39,501 nucleotides of DNA from Dirinaria sp. TL-2023a (taxonomy: Eukaryota): positions 1 through 39,501 of the forward strand of contig JAVEBF010000049.1 of the NCBI GenBank assembly GCA_051941275.1. The letters run 5' to 3'. A program made the position numbers and the translations under genes. Positions 10,873-20,317 of the stretch are shown here, in pieces. Under the pieces are notes generated by a model, which was not told where the DNA came from, made no database searches, and saw only the letters and a list, made by a program, of their open reading frames with translations. The first letter of the stretch is position 1. Each line of letters begins with the position of its first letter.

Positions 10873-12846
10873 TTATAAGACCTCCGCGATGCGCTCTAGC
10901 TTCTTCACTACATCCTGCTCAACCATTCGCTGCAGTCTTAGATCAATGCTGGTTTCGTCCTCTCCCAGCCACTCTGTTTCCTCGGTATCAACCGCTTCGA
11001 AACAAAGCTTGACGACTTGACTAAAAGCGTCACCGCATGCACTTCCAACTTGATACAAGCATGGCCTCAAATCTGCTGCGTCCGGGAGGAGATTTGATTT
11101 CCCTAAGAGCCACGACCGCACTTGTAAGAGTGAAGTCGGCTTAGCTTCCGACAGATTCAAGCCTACAAGGACCTCGACACGCTTCCATAAAGCAATTTCA
11201 AGAAGCACAACGCCGAGGCTATAGAGGTCGTATGATTTGCGATATATGCCGTCACTTTGACTAGATTGCGATCGCGGATGCCGATAAATGTCTTTCCAAG
11301 GATTGAATTTGGGTTTTTCCGTCATTTCATCAATAATACTTGGACGGGAAAGCTCAAATCCAGAGACCAATGGCTTACTGAGATCCAGTGGTTTACTGGA
11401 CGCGACTGGAAAGACAATGCTGTCCGCCCGCAGTGCTTTATGTAACCAACCAACAGCATGAAAGCTATTGACAGAGCGCGCTAAAACAGCACACAGAGAC
11501 GCACGCGCACTAAGTGACGGTACTGATTCTTGTCCCAGTATGTCTTGAAGGACGATGATGTCAGGGGCCGCATCGTCATTGAGCGAGTTCTCGAATGCAA
11601 TGCCAAATCGATCCGCAACACTCTTGTTCGAAGCCTTTACATAGCCGAGACATAGCGGAGCCCTGAAACCTTCTGGCTTGACAAAGCATAGAAGATTCGC
11701 AAGCAGGCTTATTCGACGCTCAATTTGCTCGCTCTGCACATACAGATCGGTCCATTCTATCCACACTCTCCGTTCTTGATAAGTACCGCTGGATCGCCGC
11801 TGAAGGGTCTCATGCTGAGAAGTGTTTTTTGTAAGCACAAATTTATCTAGTGGGAGCGGAGTACTTTTAGAAAGAAGATTCGAATCTACAAAATCCGGGC
11901 TTTTTGGTATACTTGACAGATTTAATTGAATCTTAATCTCTGTAAGCTGTTTGAGATAATCGTTCCTCTGCCTCTGGGCCGCTGCCTCCTCTACAGCTGT
12001 CCGAGACAAAGAGTAGTTGTATGGTCCACCAATTCTGGGTTCAAAATCCTGCGCGTTCCTCGGGTGTGGTTCAAGGGCTTTGACCAGAGTCGTGAGGCTA
12101 ACCAGGTCATTACGAACCTGCAAAATCTCTAGATAGCTCGTATTTATTGTTTCTTGCAGCCTGTGGAGCTGCGAATTATCCAGGAGGGATATCAAATATG
12201 TATTGAGACCCTCTAGCCTTGCTATCAGTGCTTCAAAGGAATCTTTGTCCACGGTCACCCAAACAAGACGTTTTGGTTCCATCACGATTGTCCGTAGCCT
12301 TTTGCCACTTTGAGCCACAGCGGTAGCGAGTCCGTGAACTCGACTGAGGGTGCCGGCTTTCGGATATGCGAGATTATTCTTTTCCCCAAGGGCGCCATCA
12401 CGTTCTGGTATCATTCCTAGACTCTGAAGGTTGAGCTCTCGTTTTTGATCATCACTCCAAAGTACACCTTCTGGTGACTTCATATTTTCGTATTTGCCAT
12501 TCTTCTCAGCGAAACTCTCGAGTAAGGTCTTGACTTCAGCAAGGACGGCTATCAGAAGAGACCGATTGACTCGAAAATCCTTGCAGCCGATTCCTTCCAG
12601 GTCTAAGATTCCCATTTCTAGACTGAAGTTCAGAAAGCGTTGCTGCTCGATCTGCAGCCGCAAGGTGAGGTAGCGATATGTTTCTGGGAAATTTGCTGCT
12701 TCCCGATAGAATTTGAAGCCTGCTCAGATTCAGTACAGTTTTATCTTGCGCTATCATGTGAAACCTTTGATGCATTCGTCAGTAACCTGAATGATAAGAG
12801 CCGTTACACCGACTGCAGCTCCCAACAGTGACAGAGGATCTGCCAT
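10873..12846 (-). CDS. HeLo-domain + pseudokinase protein (MLKL-like architecture), 2 exons (12846-12765, 12719-10873), ~642 aa
   Basis: The spliced N-terminus MADPLSLLGAAVGVTALIIQVTDECIKGFKFYREAANFPETYRYLTLRLQIEQQRFLNF aligns by eye with the HET-S HeLo N-terminus. The HeLo end motif is KRLVWVTVDKDSFEALIARLEGLNTYLISLL. The C-terminal kinase fold has degenerate motifs VWIEW, HKALRADSI, SGFELSRP, YRHP and DLYSLGVVLLEIALW. Confidence 0.88.
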
Positions 12847-13398
12847 ATCGTTTGAAACAAATTCTTTTGATGCAGCGCAATAAAGAGTGTCGCTCCTGGA
12901 AATTGTATTCAGTGCAAGATCTTAAAAGTAATGACTCAACGGATAAGCCGAGCTGGCGTGCTGGAGCCCCTTGTCAAACGTGCCAAAGTTTGTTTCAGCG
13001 TGAGCGGCACGACCCCTCTCAGCCAAGGAGCCTGCTCTCTTGCATAACTCAGCTATGACGTCAAAAGCTCCGGTTGGAGATCTGGCCTTATAGCATACTC
13101 CTGCAATCTGTCCAAAGCCCTGAGCACGATACAGTCCGTTTTGTGTCATAAGGTAAAAAAGATCGACGGTTATCGGCATCCAGGAGCATGCAAGTCTATT
13201 AAAAGATATTTGGACGAAGGTTCACGCCGAAAAGTCCAAGCCGGTGTTAAACAAAGCCCATCCCTTTGCAAATACACTGGCAGGCTCTGACGTTAGATAT
13301 CATATTAGCTTGCTCGACTTAAAGCTACAGTGCACATAATTATAAGTCCATATACGCAGGCGAATATTACCTAAAATTCGACTTGTTTGAGTGGGACG

Positions 13399-16300
13399 AT
13401 GAGACCCTTCACGAGGAGATTAGGAGCAGGCAAGAATGTCGACAACGAGAGCAATATACCCCACTCCTCACATTCAACGGGATGCCAACATTTCGACCAG
13501 CAGAAGTACTTGGAAGCTGAGCAGGTTTTTCGGCAAACAGTTCAAGGGCGCGAGAAAGTGTTGGGCAAAGAGCATGCCAATACGCTTATGAGCAAACATT
13601 GGCTGGCATTGTCTGTATACAAACAAGAGCGATATCCTGAAGCCGAACAGCTGTTCCGACAAACAGTTCAAGGGCGCGAGAAAGTGTTGGGCAAATATCA
13701 CCTCGATACGCTTATGAGTAAAGAGTGGATTGCAGCATCTATATACGATCAGGAGCGATATTCTGAAGCCGAACAGGCTTATAGACATTTGACCTACGAA
13801 TATGAGAGAGCGTTGGGCAAAGAGCATGTCAATACACTCCAGAGCAAACAATGGCTGGCAGCACTATTACTCAATGAGCAAAATCTGTTTTCTGAAGCCG
13901 ATCAGCTTCTTCGGCAAGTAGTTCAAGGACGAGAAAAGGTGCTAGGTGAAGAGCATACCGATACACTCATAAGCAAACACGATCTAGCATTCTCACTCCT
14001 TCAGCAAGAACAATTTTCTGAAGCCGACCAGCTTCTTCGGCAAGTAGTGCAAGGACGAGAAAAGGTGTTAGGGGAAAGACATGTTAAAACTCTTAACAGT
14101 AAGCATCTGTGGGCTGAATCACTTCACGGATTAGGAAGATATGTCGAAACAGAGCAGTTTTTTCGGCAATTGTCACAAGAACAAGAAAAAACACTGGGTA
14201 TAGAGCATAATGACACACTTACAAGCAAACAATGGCTAGCACAATCATTGAGTAAACAAAAAAAGTATATTGAAGCCGAACAGTTGTTTCAGCACGTGGC
14301 TCAAGGGCGCGAAAAAGTGTTAGGAAAAGAGCATCCACATACGCTTATGAGTAAAGGCTGGCTAGCACGATTACTCAATAATCAGAAACAGTACCCTGAA
14401 GCCGAACAGGCTTATCAACACCTTATTTACGGATATGAAAGAGCATTGGGCAAAGAGCATGCCGATACATTCAGGAGCAAAAACGGGCTGGCAGAATCTC
14501 TTTATGGGCAGAAAAAGTATGCTGAAGCCGAACAAATGTTCCGACAAGCAGCTTACGGGCGTGGGAAAGTATTAGGCGAAGAGCATGCCGATACGCTTAT
14601 GAGCAAACATTGGCTGGCAGCATCTACATACGAACAAGAGCGATATTCTGAAGCAGAACAAGGTTTTCGACAAGTATTACAAGGACAAGAAAAAGTTCTA
14701 GGTAAAGAAGATGTCGAAACACTCAACAACAAAGACTGGCTAGCACAATCACTAAGTAGACAAGAAAAGCATACTGAAGCCGAACAGTTGTTCCGACAAA
14801 CAGTTCAAGGGCGCGAGAAAGTGTTGGGCAAAGAGCATGTCGATGCGCTTATGAGCAAACATTGGCTGGCAGTTTCTATATACGATCAAGAGCGATATTT
14901 TGAAGCTGAGCTTCTCTTGCAAGACGCAATGCTTAAATGTGAAAAGATCCTAGGACTGCAGCATATCGATACTTTTCGGACTAGATATTGGCTAGCTCTT
15001 ACGCAGCATGGATGCGAGAAATATTCTGATGCTAGAAAGCTCCTCCAGCAATCAGTCCAAGAACGAGAAGAGATGCTAGGTCAAAACCACATTGAAACTG
15101 TTAAAAGCAGACATTGGTTAGCACGTACGCTTTATGTACAAAAAGAGTACACAGAAGCGGAAGTGCTTTTACGGCAGTCAGCGAATGATCGGGCACAGAT
15201 GTTAGGTCAGGAGCATCTCGAAACTCTCGAAAGCAGGCACTGGTTTGCACGTACGCTTCACGAGCAGGGAAGACATTCTGAAGCAGAAGAGATCTTTCTA
15301 CAGGTGACGCATGGACGGGATAAAGTCTTGGGTTGGGAACACAGCAAGACCCTCGAAAGCAGGCACTGGCAGGCAGACACATGCTACAAACAGAGGAAAT
15401 ACAGTGAAGCCGAACAGCTCCTGGAACAAGTAATGCAGGGACGAGAGAAGATACTAGGTGTAGAGCACCAGGACACCAAAGACAGTAGGAGTCTTTTACA
15501 GGAAACACTGCGGGCCATAAGGGCACTCAAAGGAGGAACAAATGCAACAGGAATCGCAATACTTGGCCGCTTGGGCGAACTTTTCGAAGACAAACAGAGA
15601 AGCAACGCTAAGTATAGCGATCCGGAAATTAGTCAAATCTCATCATTGCTGAAGCACTCCAATCCGCGATGGAGCCGAGTTCCACGAACCTACGTCATAC
15701 TCCGGACTATAGGCTATTTGAATCTTTTGGACGAATTCATTGACCTTGGATTTTCGGACTACTGGTTCCCGGTTACCGAGAGAAATCTTCCGGGGTGTCT
15801 TCATCCGAGTCATCGATCGGAATTCATAGCTGTTCAGGAGTTAGTGTTAACTAAATCGATCGGTCTTGAAAAAGGCGAAGACGGGCAGCATGCTCATTTC
15901 CGGCGACACGAACCGCTACCGTTTGAGGAGAAAGGGGTATTGGGGTCGGGAGGGTTTGGGCAGGTAGACAAGGTGCTGAGCCTGGTGAGTTTCAGGGAAT
16001 ATGCCAGGAAGCGAGTGTCACGAAGGCAAGTCTTTGGTGGACGGGGAACAGAAGAGATGAAACAGTTGGTAGCCGAAATTGCAATCCTGAAACGCCTAAA
16101 GCACCGTCACGTGGTCGAACTTCTGGGGAGCTACACTGATCCGAAGTACATTGGGTTGATCATGTCCCCAGTGGCAGACATGGACTTATCGGCCTATCTT
16201 GCACAAGCGGATGTTACAAGGCATGGAGAGTTGCGGACCTTCTTTGGATGTCTAGCGCGGGGCCTGGAATTTCTCCATGAGCAAAAGATTCGGCACAAAG

Positions 16301-16839
16301 ACATCAAACCTGGCAACATCCTGGTGCATGGTGGCAATATACTCTTCACCGATTTTGGTCTGTCGGCTGATCTTGCAGACGCAGACGGCAGTACCACATT
16401 CAGCATGGTGAACGGGATAACACCTAGATATTGCGCACCAGAAGTGGCTTTATTTGAGCCACGTAACACGGCGTCTGACATCTGGAGTTTAGGTGTTGTC
16501 TTTCTTGAAATGACGGCTGTCCTCAAGGGGAAAGCTGTGGAGTTCATTCAGGAATTCTTGAAAGGGCACGGATCTAAACAAGCCTTTGTTCGGACCAACC
16601 CTGCTGCGTTGACAGAGCTTGTTGTAATACTGCAAACAAGCGGGTACATGTCGGACAACCAAGCGCTGGAATGGTCTCGACAAATGCTTCAGATTGAGCA
16701 GCAGCATCGCCCTACGGCTGTCACACTTACTGCATCCATTATTGGTGCACGGCAATCCGCAGATGGGAGCGGACCGTTTTGCGGCATCTGTTGCATGTCA
16801 CTGGATGATGACTCTACTGACGTGTCCAGCGATTTTTGA
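13399..16839 (+). CDS. TPR-repeat (16 x 42 aa) + Ser/Thr protein kinase, single long ORF of ~1146 aa
   Basis: First ATG at 13399. TPR units (EAEQ.FRQ..QGREKVLG.EH..TL.SK.WLA) are followed by a linker (WSRVPRTYVILR..FSDYWFP) and a kinase with GSGGFGQV, YARK, HKDIKPGNIL, DFG, TPRYCAPE and DIWSLG. Confidence 0.93.
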   Translation: MRPFTRRLGAGKNVDNESNIPHSSHSTGCQHFDQQKYLEAEQVFRQTVQGREKVLGKEHANTLMSKHWLALSVYKQERYPEAEQLFRQTVQGREKVLGKYHLDTLMSKEWIAASIYDQERYSEAEQAYRHLTYEYERALGKEHVNTLQSKQWLAALLLNEQNLFSEADQLLRQVVQGREKVLGEEHTDTLISKHDLAFSLLQQEQFSEADQLLRQVVQGREKVLGERHVKTLNSKHLWAESLHGLGRYVETEQFFRQLSQEQEKTLGIEHNDTLTSKQWLAQSLSKQKKYIEAEQLFQHVAQGREKVLGKEHPHTLMSKGWLARLLNNQKQYPEAEQAYQHLIYGYERALGKEHADTFRSKNGLAESLYGQKKYAEAEQMFRQAAYGRGKVLGEEHADTLMSKHWLAASTYEQERYSEAEQGFRQVLQGQEKVLGKEDVETLNNKDWLAQSLSRQEKHTEAEQLFRQTVQGREKVLGKEHVDALMSKHWLAVSIYDQERYFEAELLLQDAMLKCEKILGLQHIDTFRTRYWLALTQHGCEKYSDARKLLQQSVQEREEMLGQNHIETVKSRHWLARTLYVQKEYTEAEVLLRQSANDRAQMLGQEHLETLESRHWFARTLHEQGRHSEAEEIFLQVTHGRDKVLGWEHSKTLESRHWQADTCYKQRKYSEAEQLLEQVMQGREKILGVEHQDTKDSRSLLQETLRAIRALKGGTNATGIAILGRLGELFEDKQRSNAKYSDPEISQISSLLKHSNPRWSRVPRTYVILRTIGYLNLLDEFIDLGFSDYWFPVTERNLPGCLHPSHRSEFIAVQELVLTKSIGLEKGEDGQHAHFRRHEPLPFEEKGVLGSGGFGQVDKVLSLVSFREYARKRVSRRQVFGGRGTEEMKQLVAEIAILKRLKHRHVVELLGSYTDPKYIGLIMSPVADMDLSAYLAQADVTRHGELRTFFGCLARGLEFLHEQKIRHKDIKPGNILVHGGNILFTDFGLSADLADADGSTTFSMVNGITPRYCAPEVALFEPRNTASDIWSLGVVFLEMTAVLKGKAVEFIQEFLKGHGSKQAFVRTNPAALTELVVILQTSGYMSDNQALEWSRQMLQIEQQHRPTAVTLTASIIGARQSADGSGPFCGICCMSLDDDSTDVSSDF
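13513..15500 (+). repeat. Array of 16 tandem ~126-bp TPR-coding repeats
   Basis: 16 EAE-type units counted. An identical 44-nt block (tgttccgacaaacagttcaagggcgcgagaaagtgttgggcaaa) occurs at 13652 and 14789. Confidence 0.9.
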
Positions 16840-17974
16840 GACAATGCCTAGATCTGTACGACCAGAATGCTTTACATCAAGCTTGGATGGGTGTATGTCG
16901 GTATTGTCAGCGCCTTTCGCCTGATCCATGGAGTGCTGATCAAGTCCCCATGGAGGATACTCTTCGAGCGCGCCCTCCCTCAACGGATCCTCGCAGAGTC
17001 TGCAAGAGTGCTGCGCAATTTGATCCCCATCAACAATACGCGTAGTCAATGCGGGCACAAAGTATATGAGATAGATTCCATAATGCCCAATGTATAGCGC
17101 CCAAGGAAAAATCAAAGCTCTAGAACCTAATACCAAGCGACATGTTCATAAGCAAACCACGTAAGAAAAGCATAATCTCCCATCAAAACCGCAATTGCAG
17201 CTCTCTTCGTTGCAGATAAATTCGATAGCCTGGTCAGAATGACGCACGTGTTCGTAAATGTATTGGCGACCATTGTGTTTGTAATAGGCCGCTATACACC
17301 TTGTTTCCTCGTCAACTTCTGGCCTTTCAAGCCATACAAGCTCGTCTGCCTGTAACAATCATATCACGTGACCGCATGATCAACTTAGCATCCAGACATT
17401 GCGGTAGTCGGATGCCGTCTGCTGGGGCCAATCGATATATTATACCATTAATGTTGATAGTTGTTAATTATGACAGACAATGCTGTTATAAACTTGTCCG
17501 TGAAGGTGTCTCCTGATTTCAAGCAAGTGAGTCATATTTAGCTGCGATGCGCACTCTTCTCACCCTGATATCTTCTTTCTAGCTTATGGTTATGCATAAG
17601 CTTGCTCGGATATGCTCCAAACGATATCACGGTCAATGTCTCGAAAAACAAAAAACCCCATGTAAAGTACTTCGACCGCTGAACCAGACGGAGAATCTCT
17701 GGCTCGTCAAGCTATGCACGCAAAAATAGAAAATAACCTTTGCGGGATTGGGTGCCGTTTCCGTCTCATGGAATGGTAGGTATAAGGCGCTTATGGGCGA
17801 CTCTAAATTAAAGTCGAGGCAATGGGGGTAGCGGAAAAGATCAAGTCTAATCTGGGTAGGAGAGGGCCCAGGGGAAAGGGAGGGGAGATGAAGAACACAA
17901 CAGGCCGAGATCTTGTAGCCAATGAAGTCAAGCTGTCTTTGAAACTTCAACATTCAAGGCTTTGGCAAGGCACC

Positions 17975-20317
17975 TTACGTTGAAGCTTGACGTTCTTCCC
18001 TCTTTCCGCGAGCACTCCTTCTTTTCCCTCCACATATGATTTTCCTTTTCCTCCTCGTACGACCCTGCTTGCCCCAATAAGTCGCGATGGCATCACGGAG
18101 AGAAGATACATCTTTCTCTGCCAACCATGCCTCGGCTTGAACCTTGAAGATCCGCCCCTTGCTTGATTGCTCATCTCCGGCGACCTTGGTGACCTCCCAG
18201 CAGGTGGTCCCTACTACAATTGTAGGCCGGCTGCAGCGAGGTCTACCACGACCTCTGCGGGCCAAGGGAAGAGAGGAAGCCATCAGAGCTTGGAGAGCTT
18301 GGGTATCGGACGAATCTTGCTCTCCTGGAATTGTAGCGTCAGCTCTGATCCGAAAAAGGAGACACGATTATCACCAACCTTCCGTATCGACGCCAACGCC
18401 AGCCCTGCGACAGTTCTTGCCAGGAAATCTCCCACCGTCCACCTCGAGGCCCTTCATCCCTGGACCCGCGATAATATCTTCTCCGCCATCCATTACCCCG
18501 TCTGCATCTCTGGGCCCGTCCTCAGCTCCATCAACACTGTGGTTCATATCTTGGCAACCGTCTCCAGCCTGGCCGTCCTTAATACCATCAGGCCCCGGCT
18601 GGTCCTCAATGTTTCCTGTCTCTTGGCATTTGCTCTCAGCTGCGCCGTTCTCGGCCTCCGGATCGGTGTTGAAGAACTGGCCGATGTCCAGCCAGCTGCT
18701 GTCTGGCTGCTCTCGAATATTCAACGCAGCAGTAACCAGTCCTCCCGCCTCTTTATCGCCAGTCACAGTGTTCTTCATCTGGCCCTCATTTGAACTGCTT
18801 ACGCCCGACGACATGGCGCGCGGAGAGGTTGTAGTAGAGGAGGCTTCGTGTCTGCTTTCGCTGCCGAAGTCGTCTAAAGAATCATGGCCGCTATCCACCT
18901 TGATCGGGTTACCTACTAACGGTCAGTACTAGCCTTGAGGATATATTCAGGCCTACTCGCATGTAGTTTCCCCTGTTGCGGGCTTGCTGAGGACGCCAGT
19001 TTTGCAGATGATCTCTGGAGGTTGATGGAAGCGGGGATGATGCGGGCGATCACTGGGATTCTGACAACAGAGAGGAATTATGTCGTCCCAACTTGGTACG
19101 CCATGTTGATTAGATATACTGGCCATTTCCTTGTCTGCCTTAACGCCGTTAATATCTATTTCCGGTGCGCGAAACGAATCGAGGGAGTCCTTCTGCAACG
19201 GACTAGTTCCGTTTTGAGATTGGATCAGGTTGGGATCATACGGTGTTCCACCCGAGTTCTGGCTCGCTCCAGGAGCCACATAATCAACTCCTTCCCAGCG
19301 AGGCGATGGAATGCAAAGTTTGGAGGTTATGGACCGCCCATTACTACGCACGCCTGACTTAGCTGGAGGTTCGTAGAATTGGAGGGAATCCATATCAACA
19401 AAAACCATTGTAGGGCCCAATTACTAGAAGCAGCCAAAGGACACCCCTCAGCCGATCTCGTTCGTGAGGAGTTAAGAATGCCAATGACAGGTAAAGGGAA
19501 AGGCGAGAAGAATTATAGATGCCCGGAGCTGCCCAGCAACGGGCTGAAAATCTCCCAATTAGCCAACTCCTCTCCACCTCTGTCCAGAAAACGTCGATCG
19601 CCGATCTCCAGTCGTTCGCCTTGCATCAAGTTGCACGCCCAGGCGCAGCTCCCGGCCATTGCAACCTCGTATTTGATCCACGTCCCATGCGAGCTGAGCA
19701 TTCCCTGCATCTTGACATCCTATACGGCTTATTTCCACTGTGCCCCTCGGAGACGTCCACACTGGTCGAGCCACGTCAGCACGGCCAGCCCCTCAGCTGT
19801 CCGTTACCTAAGAGCTCCACCAACGCTCATTTTGGGGACCATTGATATCGCCTTCCCAGATTGGGAGACAAGGATGTGGGTCAGCCGAGACACAGCGATA
19901 TCCCATCCTTCGGAGAGGCAAGCTGAATGGCGCACGCCTCTTCGGGCGTACTTCCCTACCCGGGCAGCGCTGAACACTGCCGTCGCTGCCACGTCAGACC
20001 GATTTGGCGCTTAAACCCCACGCGAGCTGAACTCGACGAAGCTTCCAACCATCCCAGGCCGAGCTGATGCAAGACCCAGGTCTGACTGATGTAAGAGGCG
20101 TCAGCACACCTCTTACAATAATTTAGCCTCGAGCCGTGCGTTGGTGGCGTAGCGAAAGGATCCTCACTTGGAACGTGAGGCACTTTTTCGATTGGTTTCG
20201 TCGCGAGAAGGGAAGTTTCGACCAGGGGTCTATTGCGCCCACACCGTCGTCATCACCACGCCTATCGCCCGCAGCTGGCGGCCGGCTAGAATGCAGTAGG
20301 GCGCAGCGCCGACACAT
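17975..20317 (-). pseudogene. Putative multi-exon orphan gene, probably degenerate, ending in an AT-hook and a short chromodomain-like segment
   Basis: Same-strand ORFs 18953-19420, 18371-18898 and 17975-18283, with a plausible intron (gttggt..gctgac..ccag, ~18378-18325) giving ..RRGRGRPR..WEVTKV...KGRIFKVQAEAWLAEKDV...AIATYW. The upstream part does not assemble into a clean frame. Confidence 0.35.

Noticed and set aside
13399..13510. Amyloid signalling motif (HRAM/PP/sigma) at the TPR-kinase N-terminus
   Set aside because: No N/Q/G pseudo-repeat pattern is visible, and there is no matching motif at the partner's C-terminus.
13513..15500. Regularly spaced direct repeats as a CRISPR-like array
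   Set aside because: The repeats are in-frame 126-bp TPR coding units in a eukaryotic gene, with no spacers or cas genes.
16798..17400. Small minus-strand ORFs downstream of the TPR-kinase as a third system component
   Set aside because: I could not assemble a convincing spliced gene or recognise a motif. It may be a gene relic.
20090..20117. 9-bp-stem hairpin (tgtaagagg...cctcttaca)
   Set aside because: Short and isolated, so compatible with chance. Intrinsic terminators do not apply in this eukaryotic context.
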